Positions 16,757 to 25,979 of a stretch of 64,000 nucleotides of DNA are shown in pieces (within the stretch, counting starts at the first letter, position 1; the number at the start of each line of letters is the position of its first letter). The translations under genes were made by a program, and so were the position numbers. The notes below the pieces were generated by a model. The model had not been told where the DNA came from, searched no databases, and saw nothing but the letters and a program-made list of their open reading frames with translations. The stretch is from Candidatus Iainarchaeum sp. GTDB lineage: Archaea; Iainarchaeota; Iainarchaeia; Iainarchaeales; JAZDFD01. The stretch lies in the NCBI GenBank assembly GCA_043808155.1, contig JAZDFD010000001.1:5501-69500 (forward strand). The letters run 5' to 3'.

Positions 16757-18649
16757 ATGGATTACGAAAAAATAGGTTTGAAATGCGGATTGGAAATTCA
16801 CCAACAGCTGGATACTGGAAAACTATTTTGCAGATGTCCTTCAAAATTGAGAGAAGACAAACCTGATTTTAAAGCTGAAAGAAAAATAAGAGCAATTGGT
16901 TCTGAATTGGGAAAGTATGATAAAGCAGCAGTTGACGCCCACTCAAGAAATTACAAATACATTTACGAAGGTTATCAGGATTCAACTTGTTTAGTTGAAT
17001 TAGATGAGGAACCACCTCACTCCGTCAATAAAGATGCATTAGAAACTGTTCTGAAAATTGCACTAATGGTTGATGCAAAAATTTTAGATACCTTATTTGT
17101 AATGAGGAAAGCAGTTGTTGATGGTTCAAACACATCAGGTTTTCAGAGAACAGCATTAGTTTCATTAGAAGGCAAGCTTGACATTGGGGAAAAGAAAATC
17201 GGAGTTTGGAGTATCGCGTTGGAAGAAGATGCTGCAAGAATTATTTCCCGCAATGATGAAAATAAAGAGATTATTTACAGATTGGACAGATTAGGAATTC
17301 CCCTTATTGAATTAGCAACAGCACCAGATATGAAAACACCAGAAGAAGTGAAGAGTGTAGCACTAAAAATTGGTGAGCTTCTGAGAAGAACCTGCAAAGT
17401 GAAAAGAGGTCTTGGAACAATAAGACAGGATTTGAATATTTCTATTAAAGAAGGTGCAAGAATTGAAATTAAAGGTGTGCAGGAACTCGAATTGATTGAT
17501 GAATACGTGAAACGTGAAGTTCGGAGACAGCAAGCACTTTTGGAAATTAAAAATGAATTACTTTCACGTAAAATTTCTGAAAAAGATTTCAAAAATGAAA
17601 TTATTGATTTTACAAAAGTATTTGAAAACACTTCTGCAAAAATGATTTCAAATGCGATTAGCAATGGAAAGCTTGTGAAGGGCATGAAACTTAATGGATT
17701 TTCTGGCTTAGTTGGAAAAGAAGTTCAGGAAGGAAGACGTCTTGGTACGGAATTCGCAAATTATGCAAAAGCGCGTTCTGGTTTGAAGGGTGTTTTCCAT
17801 TCAGATGAAGAACTTTTAAAATACGGAATTTCCGAAAATGAAATGTCAAATGTCCGAAAAAAACTTTCGGTTTCTGAAAAAGATGCATTTGTACTTGTTT
17901 TCGGAACAGAAGATGAATGCAATAAAGCTTTAACTGCGGTTCGGGAACGTGCAAGTTATTGCATTAGCGGAGTACCCGAAGAAACACGAAATGCACTGGC
18001 CGAAGGAAACACAGAATACAGCAGACCACTAGCAGGTGCAGCAAGAATGTATCCTGAAACAGATATTGAAGTTAAAGTAATTGATGCAAAGTATTTGAAT
18101 TCTTTGAAAAGCGCTCTTCCCTTAACAGTTTCAGAGCGTGAAATGCTTTACAAAAAATATGGTTTGAGTAAAAACCTCATTGAGGGAATGAAATTAGACA
18201 ACTGGGCCTGCTTTTTTGAAAATAAAGTGAAAGAAAGTTACAGCGCAACAAGAATTGCCATTCTCCTTCTTGAAGATTTTACAAAATTGAAGCGTGAAGG
18301 AATTGAAACAGAAAACATTTCAGAAAAAATGATTTCAGAATTTTTGAAATCAGAAAAGAATGGAAAATTTACAAAAGAAGTTTCTTTGGATGTTTTAAAA
18401 AAATGGGCTTCTTCTCCTGAAAAATCAATTGATGAAATTATTTCAGCGCTGGAAATTAAAAAAGCAGATAAAAATGAATTAGAAGAGATAATTGAAAAAA
18501 TTATTGCAAAAAATGAAGCACTTGTTAAAGAACAGGGTGAACGTGCAATTGGCGCTTTGATGGGTGATGCTATGAAAGAACTTAAAGGGAAAATCTCTGG
18601 AAAAGAAATTTCAGAAATGCTTAGAAAGAAGATTAGGGAGCGCGTTTAA
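16757..18649 (+). CDS. gatE: Glutamyl-tRNA(Gln) amidotransferase subunit E
   Basis: N-terminal GLKCGLEIHQQLDTGKLFCRCPS, and length and domain order typical of archaeal GatE. Confidence 0.9.
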   Translation: MDYEKIGLKCGLEIHQQLDTGKLFCRCPSKLREDKPDFKAERKIRAIGSELGKYDKAAVDAHSRNYKYIYEGYQDSTCLVELDEEPPHSVNKDALETVLKIALMVDAKILDTLFVMRKAVVDGSNTSGFQRTALVSLEGKLDIGEKKIGVWSIALEEDAARIISRNDENKEIIYRLDRLGIPLIELATAPDMKTPEEVKSVALKIGELLRRTCKVKRGLGTIRQDLNISIKEGARIEIKGVQELELIDEYVKREVRRQQALLEIKNELLSRKISEKDFKNEIIDFTKVFENTSAKMISNAISNGKLVKGMKLNGFSGLVGKEVQEGRRLGTEFANYAKARSGLKGVFHSDEELLKYGISENEMSNVRKKLSVSEKDAFVLVFGTEDECNKALTAVRERASYCISGVPEETRNALAEGNTEYSRPLAGAARMYPETDIEVKVIDAKYLNSLKSALPLTVSEREMLYKKYGLSKNLIEGMKLDNWACFFENKVKESYSATRIAILLLEDFTKLKREGIETENISEKMISEFLKSEKNGKFTKEVSLDVLKKWASSPEKSIDEIISALEIKKADKNELEEIIEKIIAKNEALVKEQGERAIGALMGDAMKELKGKISGKEISEMLRKKIRERV

Positions 18650-19663
18650 ATGTATTTTGAAAAAATTTCTGAACTTGACAAAGGAAACATGATTCAGATT
18701 TTAGATTCATTTCCTGAACAATGCAGAAAAGCTCTTGACATTGCAGATGATTTTGAAATTCCGCGTGAAATACTTGAAAGAGAGTATGATAAAATCTTAG
18801 TTTTTGGAATGGGCGGTTCGGGAATTGCAGGTTATGTGCTCAGGGATTTTTTGCTCAGTAAATGCAAAATTCCGGTTTTTGTTGTTCAGGGTTATGATAT
18901 TCCAAAATTCATAAATGAAAACACTTTGTGCTTTGCACTAAGTTATTCCGGAAATACTGAAGAAACTCTTTCCTGCTTTGGGAAAGCAGAGTTAGTTGAT
19001 GCAAAAATAATTTCAATTACGTCTGGGGGCTTGCTGAGTCAAAAATCAAAAAATAAAATATTAATTCCCAAAGGAATTCCTCCCAGAACAGGTTTGGGTT
19101 ATTTGCTTATTCCGATGATTGTTGTGCTTAATAAGACGGGCATTGCAAAAGGAGCATTAGAAGAAACAGAAGAAATGATTTCTAGCTTGGAGAAAGAACT
19201 TAAAGGAATCAAATTGAATGCACAAAAAAATACAGATAAATTATTTGGTAAAATTCCTGTTATTTACGGAACTGAAGGATTTGATTCAGTTTCACTTAGA
19301 TTCAGAACTCAAATTAATGAAAATGCCAAAACTTTCTCTCATAATAATGTGTTCCCTGAATTAAATCATAATGAATCAGTCGGCTATAAGCCTCAGGAAA
19401 AGAATTTAGTGTTTGTTCTTCTGCGTGACTCTGAAGAGAATCCGCAGGTTAGGAAAAGAATTGAAGTAACTAAAAAAATGCTGAGCTCGCACAGTTCTGT
19501 TCTTGAAATTAAATCATCTGGAAAAGGAAAACTTGCAAGAATGTTTTCATTAATTCTGGCGGGGGATTACACATCATATTATCTGGGACTTCTGAACAAT
19601 GTTGACCCCATGCCTGTTGAAAATATTGAATTTTTGAAAAAAGAAATTAAGGAAAAGAATTAA
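18650..19663 (+). CDS. SIS-domain bifunctional phosphoglucose/phosphomannose isomerase family
   Basis: SIS motif VFGMGGSGIAG. Its start overlaps the gatE stop codon. Confidence 0.7.
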   Translation: MYFEKISELDKGNMIQILDSFPEQCRKALDIADDFEIPREILEREYDKILVFGMGGSGIAGYVLRDFLLSKCKIPVFVVQGYDIPKFINENTLCFALSYSGNTEETLSCFGKAELVDAKIISITSGGLLSQKSKNKILIPKGIPPRTGLGYLLIPMIVVLNKTGIAKGALEETEEMISSLEKELKGIKLNAQKNTDKLFGKIPVIYGTEGFDSVSLRFRTQINENAKTFSHNNVFPELNHNESVGYKPQEKNLVFVLLRDSEENPQVRKRIEVTKKMLSSHSSVLEIKSSGKGKLARMFSLILAGDYTSYYLGLLNNVDPMPVENIEFLKKEIKEKN

Positions 19664-19688
19664 ATATAACCTTCAAGTTATTATTAAC

Positions 19689-19856
19689 ATGCCTACTCCA
19701 AAAAGAAGAAGCTTTTTAAAAACGCAGATTCGAAAAAGGAAAATAAAAAGCCAAAAAGCACGTGGAATTGTTAAAAAGCGTCCAACAAAACCACCAATGC
19801 CCCCTATTCGTGATAAATCCCAAGGCGGCAGCAATGTTATAGAAGGGTGGACCTAA
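19689..19856 (+). CDS. Unannotated small basic protein (55 aa)
   Basis: ATG at 19689 gives MPTPKRRSFLKTQIRKRKIK... ending at TAA 19854-19856. It is not in the ORF track because it is under 60 aa. Confidence 0.3.
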   Translation: MPTPKRRSFLKTQIRKRKIKSQKARGIVKKRPTKPPMPPIRDKSQGGSNVIEGWT

Positions 19857-19989
19857 GTACACGTTATTCATTCCTAAAAGCCGTTTCGATAAATCAAATT
19901 AGTTATGAGATTTTGTATAAAATCAAAACATTCCTTTAGCAAATTTTTCAGGGTGTGAATACCAGAGTATACACTATGACTACAAAACA

Positions 19990-20970
19990 TTACTCTACTT
20001 TAATTTTTATTCTCTTCCCAATTACAGGAATGAGTTTCTTTAATTCAACGTCTAAATCTTTATTTATTTTAAATTCATTAGCCGGTACATTTGGAAGTTT
20101 TCCGTTAACTTCGTATATATAATAACCTTTCGCACCATCAACTGCCGTTATGAATGCACCATCGGGATTTTCTTCAATTTTCAGACCTGGCACTTTTTTC
20201 AATGCTTTAAGTAATGTTGTAGTCTTAGGAACTTTTACTATTAACGATTTTTCAAATAAACTCCATACTTTTTTTATTTTTTCTAGTGCCTCTTGTTTAA
20301 TTGCCAAAACATGAGTATTACCTATCTTCTTCCTCTCAATCAAACCAACATCTTCAAGAATTTTAACATTTTTTGGAGTTTGTAATATTATGAAATCACT
20401 TTTTTTAAGAATCTCTTTTTTGTCAGTAAAAATTAAACCTCTTTTTTCCCACTCAGGCTTTCTTGTTTTGCTGTTATAAAGAACCTTCATCTTAAAACCC
20501 AAAGATGTGTTTGCAAGTAATTTTCCAACAGCTCCAAGACCAATAATACCTATTGTTTTGCCACTAAGTTCAGCAGGATAGTCTTTCCATTGATATTTTC
20601 CAAATCCCCTAACTAAATTTAGGAGCTGAAATAAGATATATTCTACAACTCCCTCATCACCATAATCAACAATATTAGACACAACAATGTTTCTGTTACT
20701 GCATTCTTCCAAATCTATGTAGTCGGAATTTGTTCCGCAAAGACAAATAAATTGTAAGTTCTTGCACGCAGAAAGTACGCCTTTAGTGATTGGCGTTCGC
20801 CAGCTTAGTAAAACGCAATCTGCATCAGCTATTCTTTCTTTTATTTCATTGTTGTCTTTTGGATCTGAATCAAAAATCTTGACCTGATTTTCCGAATATT
20901 TTTTAAGTTCAGTCATTGAACTGTCAGTAATATTTATGTCATCCAAAACAACGATCTGTTTAAACTTCAT
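19990..20970 (-). CDS. D-isomer-specific 2-hydroxyacid dehydrogenase family protein
   Basis: NAD-binding GIIGLGAVGKLLA within a Rossmann core, plus a ~100-aa C-terminal extension. Confidence 0.65.
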   Translation of the reverse strand: MKFKQIVVLDDINITDSSMTELKKYSENQVKIFDSDPKDNNEIKERIADADCVLLSWRTPITKGVLSACKNLQFICLCGTNSDYIDLEECSNRNIVVSNIVDYGDEGVVEYILFQLLNLVRGFGKYQWKDYPAELSGKTIGIIGLGAVGKLLANTSLGFKMKVLYNSKTRKPEWEKRGLIFTDKKEILKKSDFIILQTPKNVKILEDVGLIERKKIGNTHVLAIKQEALEKIKKVWSLFEKSLIVKVPKTTTLLKALKKVPGLKIEENPDGAFITAVDGAKGYYIYEVNGKLPNVPANEFKINKDLDVELKKLIPVIGKRIKIKVE

Positions 20971-21073
20971 ATTAATATGATACTTGTATAGCTTTTTATT
21001 AATGTTACTGCCTTCTATGCATCAGACTGATTAATTCTTCCGATTAAACAGATTGAATTTAAGAATTAGATAA

Positions 21074-21259
21074 TTAAATCATTTTTTTGCTAACTTTCTT
21101 TGCTTGGCGAAGGCATTTTTTGTGCCAAAATTGGCCAGCCCATTTCTTGTCAGTTCCTGTGCCACCGCACAGTGCACATTCTTCATTGAATCTGCCTTCT
21201 GGTTCAGGTTCTTCTTCTGGCTCTTCCTTTTTTCCCCTAAACCTATCCAAAAGACCCAT
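21074..21259 (-). CDS. Small zinc-ribbon-like hypothetical protein
   Basis: CALCGG...HKKC cysteine pattern with an acidic N-terminal region. Confidence 0.3.
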   Translation of the reverse strand: MGLLDRFRGKKEEPEEEPEPEGRFNEECALCGGTGTDKKWAGQFWHKKCLRQAKKVSKKMI

Positions 21260-21265
21260 ATAAAA

Positions 21266-21955
21266 TCACTCATCAACAATTGCTTTGTAAACCATTTCCG
21301 CATTTCTTAAATCTTTAAAGAGATAATCTGGGTTGTGTTCTTTAAGTTCTTCTTTAGAATATGAACCTGTTACAACTGCAATTGTTTTTGCATTGTATGG
21401 TTTTCCTGAATCAATGTCGTGGATTGAATCTCCAACAATTACAAGATCCTTATCTTTGAAATGAATTAAATATTTTTCATCTGCTTTTATTAATGCTTTT
21501 TCAACTATTTTTTCACGGGTTTTTGCTTCATCGCCGTATGCAAAAATTTTAAAGTAATCATAAAGTTTTGCAGATCTTAAAATTTTTTCGCCAGCTAGTT
21601 TTGAATTTCCTGTCACAACTCCCAAAACATGTTCTGAATTGTTTATTTTTTCAAGTAAAGTGAAAACACCAGGTAAAACATATTCTGAAGAATCTTCAGG
21701 AAGATTTCGTGAGAAATGATTCACATAGGACAGCAGTGCTTCTTCCTGTTTTGATTCAATATTCATTTCCCCGACATCATGCATTAAAGCAACTTCTCTT
21801 ACAACTTCCTGAAATCTCAAACCATCATATTTGATGTCTTCTAATTTCCCGGGAATATTGAAAACCTCCAGAAACATAGCAGCATAAGCTTTTGAATGGA
21901 ATTTCAGCACTTTTATCAGTGTCTGGTCAATATCAAATAATATCAGCTTTCTCAT
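21266..21955 (-). CDS. HAD-superfamily hydrolase
   Basis: Motif I LFDIDQTL (DxDxT) and motif III GDSIHDIDSG. Confidence 0.75.
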   Translation of the reverse strand: MRKLILFDIDQTLIKVLKFHSKAYAAMFLEVFNIPGKLEDIKYDGLRFQEVVREVALMHDVGEMNIESKQEEALLSYVNHFSRNLPEDSSEYVLPGVFTLLEKINNSEHVLGVVTGNSKLAGEKILRSAKLYDYFKIFAYGDEAKTREKIVEKALIKADEKYLIHFKDKDLVIVGDSIHDIDSGKPYNAKTIAVVTGSYSKEELKEHNPDYLFKDLRNAEMVYKAIVDE

Positions 21956-22080
21956 AAAATCGTATTATAATAGGTATTCAGAGCATTTAAAGCTTACTCA
22001 GGACATGACTAAAATCACGACAATTAACTGATTTCAGTTAAAGGGTTATGTTTATAAAGCTCTGAAGCCGGAATATATAC

Positions 22081-22440
22081 ATGCTGATAGAAGCGCTTAC
22101 ACATTTAGTTGCATTGGACCTAGACTGGTTTATCTCATTAGTAATGGGAAATTTGCACTTTGTTTTTGCATTATTTGCAGTAATCTACATGTTCTTTGAA
22201 GGTAAGAATTTAATTAAAGGTTTTTTTTTGATTGTTTTCATTCTTTGGACTCTTTCTGAATTTGAAAAAGTTACAAATATTGCAGTTTTTGTAGGTGGAT
22301 TTCTTACAATTTATTATTTGACAAAAATTGCATTATTAGCAATAACCGAAGACAGCACTTTCTTGAATAAATATTTTGTTCCAATTAGTACAATACAGGC
22401 ATATGTTGTGTTATTATTTTACAATTGGTTTTTGATGTGA
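22081..22440 (+). CDS. Hypothetical membrane protein
   Basis: Three predicted TM helices. Confidence 0.35.
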   Translation: MLIEALTHLVALDLDWFISLVMGNLHFVFALFAVIYMFFEGKNLIKGFFLIVFILWTLSEFEKVTNIAVFVGGFLTIYYLTKIALLAITEDSTFLNKYFVPISTIQAYVVLLFYNWFLM

Positions 22441-22444
22441 TAAA

Positions 22445-22630
22445 ATGAGTTTCCTTTCAAGATTAACAAAAATTTGTGCGTTCGTACTTTTCGCTTACAC
22501 ATTTCTTTGGTTTTATGAATTAGTTACAGGAGATGTGCTTGTGTCTACTTTGATTTACACACCAATGGGTTTCTTTGTAATATTTGCTCTGGTCACGGGT
22601 GAAGCTTATTTCAATAATATTGGACTCTAA
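22445..22630 (+). CDS. Small hypothetical membrane protein
   Basis: Two hydrophobic helices, adjacent to the previous membrane ORF. Confidence 0.3.
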   Translation: MSFLSRLTKICAFVLFAYTFLWFYELVTGDVLVSTLIYTPMGFFVIFALVTGEAYFNNIGL

Positions 22631-22652
22631 GAATAAGCTAATTTTCAAAAAA

Positions 22653-22715
22653 AATATTACTGTCTTATCGGAGATAGGACACATATGCTCACGCAAGGGA
22701 CTCCGTCCCTTTGCA
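22653..22715 (+). repeat. Composite two-hairpin repeat, copy 4a (aatattactg - hairpin tcttatc..gatagga - cacatatg - GC hairpin gcaagggac..gtccctttgc)
   Basis: Same architecture as the other copies. The stem mismatch is a U-G pair on the + strand. Confidence 0.5.
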
Positions 22716-22736
22716 AACCCTGAAACTTTTTAATAG

Positions 22737-22804
22737 AATATTACTGCGGGGTTGAAAACCCCGCATATATGTTCACAATCGGAACGCCGATTAGCCCCGA
22801 GGAG
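22737..22804 (+). repeat. Composite two-hairpin repeat, copy 4b (aatattactg - hairpin cggggttgaaaaccccg - catatatg - hairpin atcggaacgccgat), ending in a 13-nt fragment of the tRNA-Gln 3' end (tagccccgaggag)
   Basis: The 13-nt tail at 22792..22804 is identical to 22871..22883 inside tRNA-Gln. The hairpin is near-identical to one inside the tRNA-Arg intron. Confidence 0.55.
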
Positions 22805-22870
22805 TTCCACACATAGGGGCAACTACGTTTCCCCCTATTACCCCCTTCCTTTAATTATTAATAAAAAAGA

Positions 22871-22943
22871 TAGCCCCGAGGAGATTCGAACTCCTGTCAC
22901 CGGGTCCAAAGCCCAGCATCCTTGGCCACTAGACTACGGGGCT
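22871..22943 (-). tRNA. tRNA-Gln (anticodon TTG)
   Basis: Acceptor AGCCCCG pairs with CGGGGCT, anticodon stem CTGGG pairs with CCCGG, loop CTTTGGA, T-arm AGGAG-TTCGAAT-CTCCT. Confidence 0.85.
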
Positions 22944-22969
22944 AGTTTAAAGGAACTTAATAATTAGCT

Positions 22970-24181
22970 TTAGATTACGTATTTAAAGCTTTCTGGACTG
23001 AAAATATTGAACTTAGTTTTGTATTTTTTGATTTTGTTTAAGTTATGTTTTTGAGGGAGGGTAGCGCAGTTGGTAGCGCACGCGACTGATAATCGCGCGG
23101 TCATGGGTTCGAATCCCATTCTTCCCACTATTTTACGTAGAAGTTCATTTTTCTCCACACCGCAGTATTTTTTGCTCTTTTTTGAAATTTTCACACCATC
23201 AACAAAACCACCTAATTTCCAAAAATTTCTTATTGACTTTGAATCATAAATTCTAACACCACAAGCACCTGACCACGAACTTTTGCGCTTTCCAATTTTT
23301 CCATTGAGTCCATATTTCTTAAAAATAGTCTGCCATTGTTTGCACAAATTTGCATTATAGCATCCTAAATTCAATTCTGACTTCTTAGTTTTTGGATAGC
23401 TAATGCAACCATCAGTTGTAAAAGCAAAGCGAATGCACCAACTAAGTGTCTTCTCATCACATTTGTTTAGAAAATCTAGAGTTGGTTGTGGTTCATTTAA
23501 ATATTCGTTAACAGTTTGTCGATGTGCAGGAGATGTTTTGTAATTTGGGCTTAGTTTAAACAATTTCCGAGATAGAGTTGCATCTGTAAGTTTCAGATTA
23601 AACACTCCTTTTTTAGATTTATTAATTGCAGGCACATATCTACTAAGTCTAAGTAAAAGGCTGTTCATAAAATCCCTCAATATCGGATCTTTTGTAGAAT
23701 AAGCTATTCTATTTCTATCCCCACATGCTGAAAGAGAACCATCTGTCATCAGACAAGTTGCAAGAATGCACATTAGATTAACACAATCTTTTTCAAGCAA
23801 AGTTAGTAACTTATTATCAATTTTAATATTAAAGTCACTTTGAAGATTCTTTCTGCTTATGTGCGTTCTTATATATTTAGTATATTCATAAATATTTTCT
23901 ATTTGAGCTATTCTTGCTGAACCGCCTTTTCTTGCACTCCAATTCATAGGTAATTTCTTCCCAATATAGTTCTCAAATTCTTTCAATTCGGGTTGTAAAA
24001 TACATATTTTCTGAAAAACTGAAAAAGTCATGTTGCATTTTTCTTTTAACCAGTCTTTTAATGTCCATCTGCCGAGTTCTAACAATTCCGAGAGTTCTCT
24101 TTGTGGAAGATTTTGTTTCTTGTAAAAAGCCAATAAAAATTCTCGCTGTTTTCCTTTTTTAAATTTCAGCCTAAAGTTCAT
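22970..24181 (-). CDS. Free-standing double-motif LAGLIDADG-family homing endonuclease-like protein; the 3' end of the ORF reads through the antisense of tRNA-Ile
   Basis: Two LAGLIDADG-like motifs ILATCLMTDGSL and IRFAFTTDGCIS lie about 109 aa apart, each with Asp before Gly. An N-terminal HTH-like region is present. The last ~50 codons are the antisense of tRNA-Ile at 23055..23127, so the true C-terminus is uncertain. Confidence 0.5.
   Translation of the reverse strand: MNFRLKFKKGKQREFLLAFYKKQNLPQRELSELLELGRWTLKDWLKEKCNMTFSVFQKICILQPELKEFENYIGKKLPMNWSARKGGSARIAQIENIYEYTKYIRTHISRKNLQSDFNIKIDNKLLTLLEKDCVNLMCILATCLMTDGSLSACGDRNRIAYSTKDPILRDFMNSLLLRLSRYVPAINKSKKGVFNLKLTDATLSRKLFKLSPNYKTSPAHRQTVNEYLNEPQPTLDFLNKCDEKTLSWCIRFAFTTDGCISYPKTKKSELNLGCYNANLCKQWQTIFKKYGLNGKIGKRKSSWSGACGVRIYDSKSIRNFWKLGGFVDGVKISKKSKKYCGVEKNELLRKIVGRMGFEPMTARLSVACATNCATLPQKHNLNKIKKYKTKFNIFSPESFKYVI
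23055..23127 (+). tRNA. tRNA-Ile (anticodon GAT)
   Basis: Acceptor GGGAGGG pairs with TCTTCCC, D-arm GCGC-AGTTGGTA-GCGC, anticodon stem CGCGA pairs with TCGCG, loop CTGATAA, T-arm ATGGG-TTCGAAT-CCCAT. Confidence 0.85.
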
Positions 24182-24292
24182 ATATTCAAAAGAAAAAGTT
24201 CATTTAAAAACAAACTTGGAGGTACATTTCCGATGAAATCCCTCCTTTCCCATTTCTTTTTCTTTTAAAATATATCTGAACGTAATAGTGAT

Positions 24293-25015
24293 ATGGTTGT
24301 TCCTAAAAAAATAAAAACACAACGAAGAAGCTTACTTCCTCAATTAGGAAATATGAGAATTTCTAAATCTGAAGCGGGAAGAAGACCTGAAAAAGCACAA
24401 TTGGATGCACGTAGGAAAGAAGAGTATTTAGAACATGATAGATACGGGGTTGAAGATGAAAGAACAAAAAAAGGTTGGCCTGCATTTCGTTCTGAATTAT
24501 GGAAAGTTGAAAAAAATTTACAAACAAATATCGTAGAGTATGTTCAAGAAAGAATTTCTAAATTTAGTGAAAAAACCCCTTTCAAAGTTATGGATTTGGG
24601 TTGTGGGGCAGGCGTAGCATTAAAAGAATTGAAAGGGCGACATCGAAAAAAAATAAAAACAACAGGTGTTGTTTTAAGAAAAACATCCGGGGAAACCTAT
24701 GGTGGTGTTGACCGTTTAATTGAAGGGGATATTAACCAAATAAATCCACGTGAAAAATACGATTTAATATTTTCAAATGCAGGCGCTACATTTTATACAC
24801 GACTTAAAACCACTGCATTTGAACGTGTGATTAGTTGGTTAAAACCAGACGGACGAGCAATACTTGAAATGGGCCACATGTCTGAAGATACACTAAATGA
24901 ATTGAAAACACTTCTTATGCAGAATGGAATCAAAAATTATGAACTTCGAAAAGACACTGCAGTAGGTGGAATTATTCTTGATTTTATTAAACCAGTACCC
25001 AAACTCCCAAAATAA
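24293..25015 (+). CDS. Class I SAM-dependent methyltransferase
   Basis: Motif I VMDLGCGAGVA after a basic N-terminal extension. Confidence 0.65.
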   Translation: MVVPKKIKTQRRSLLPQLGNMRISKSEAGRRPEKAQLDARRKEEYLEHDRYGVEDERTKKGWPAFRSELWKVEKNLQTNIVEYVQERISKFSEKTPFKVMDLGCGAGVALKELKGRHRKKIKTTGVVLRKTSGETYGGVDRLIEGDINQINPREKYDLIFSNAGATFYTRLKTTAFERVISWLKPDGRAILEMGHMSEDTLNELKTLLMQNGIKNYELRKDTAVGGIILDFIKPVPKLPK

Positions 25016-25061
25016 TTCTTCTTTAGCAACTAATTAATATAACTTAAAACATTATTTCAGC

Positions 25062-25979
25062 ATGGAAACTCTGGTTATTGCTCTTGGCGGAAATGCACTC
25101 ATTAAACATCACCAAATTGGAAATTATAAACAGCAACTTGAGAATGTTAAGGAAACTTCAAAACAGATTGCAAAGCTGATTAAGAAAGGTTATTGCGTTA
25201 TTTTGACTCATGGAAATGGCCCCCAGGTTGGGAACCTGCAGATTCAGATGATAGCTGCGTCTGAAAAAGTTCCTGCAATGCCACTTGATGTGGATGTTGC
25301 AATGACGCAGGCGCAGATTGGTTACATGCTTCAGCAGAGTTTAAGGAATGAAATTCCTGCTGAGAAAGTTGCAACAATTGTTACTGAAATTGTTGTTGAT
25401 AAAAATGATTCTGCTTTCAGAAAACCAACAAAACCAATTGGACCTTATTACAAAAGCAAAAGCGAACTGAAAAAAGCAAAAATAAAAAATTTCATTTATG
25501 TGAAAGGGAAAGGCTACAGAAAAATTGTTGCATCTCCAAAACCAAAAAAAATAATTCAGTTAGAGAGTGTGAAGAAACTCTCTGAAAAGAAACGGGTTGT
25601 GATTTGCTGCGGCGGGGGGGGGATTCCTGTTGTGAAAAAAGGAAATGATTTTTTTGGCGTTGAGGCAGTAATTGATAAGGACAGAACTGCTTCATTGCTT
25701 GCAAAGGAACTGAAAGCGAAAACACTTGTGATTTTAACTGATGTTGAATTTGTTTATCTGAATTTTGGAAAAAAGAATCAGAAAAAATTAAGGAATGTGA
25801 AATTAAAAGAAATGAAAAACTATCTGAAGGAAGGGCATTTTTCAGAAGGTTCAATGAAACCAAAAATAGAATCTGCAATTGAATTTATTGAAAACAGCGG
25901 GAAGGAAGTAATAATAACTTCTTTGAACAAACTGCTTTCAGCAAGGAATGGTAAAACAGGTACGCGCGTGATAAAATGA
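25062..25979 (+). CDS. arcC: Carbamate kinase
   Basis: Amino-acid-kinase fold with LVIALGGNAL and VILTHGNGPQVG. There is a 4-nt overlap with the downstream carbamoyltransferase. Confidence 0.85.
   Translation: METLVIALGGNALIKHHQIGNYKQQLENVKETSKQIAKLIKKGYCVILTHGNGPQVGNLQIQMIAASEKVPAMPLDVDVAMTQAQIGYMLQQSLRNEIPAEKVATIVTEIVVDKNDSAFRKPTKPIGPYYKSKSELKKAKIKNFIYVKGKGYRKIVASPKPKKIIQLESVKKLSEKKRVVICCGGGGIPVVKKGNDFFGVEAVIDKDRTASLLAKELKAKTLVILTDVEFVYLNFGKKNQKKLRNVKLKEMKNYLKEGHFSEGSMKPKIESAIEFIENSGKEVIITSLNKLLSARNGKTGTRVIK

Noticed and set aside
22752-22967. ORF 22752..22967 (+)
   Set aside because: It spans the antisense of tRNA-Gln and the duplicated tRNA fragment. It is an artefact of the tRNA locus.
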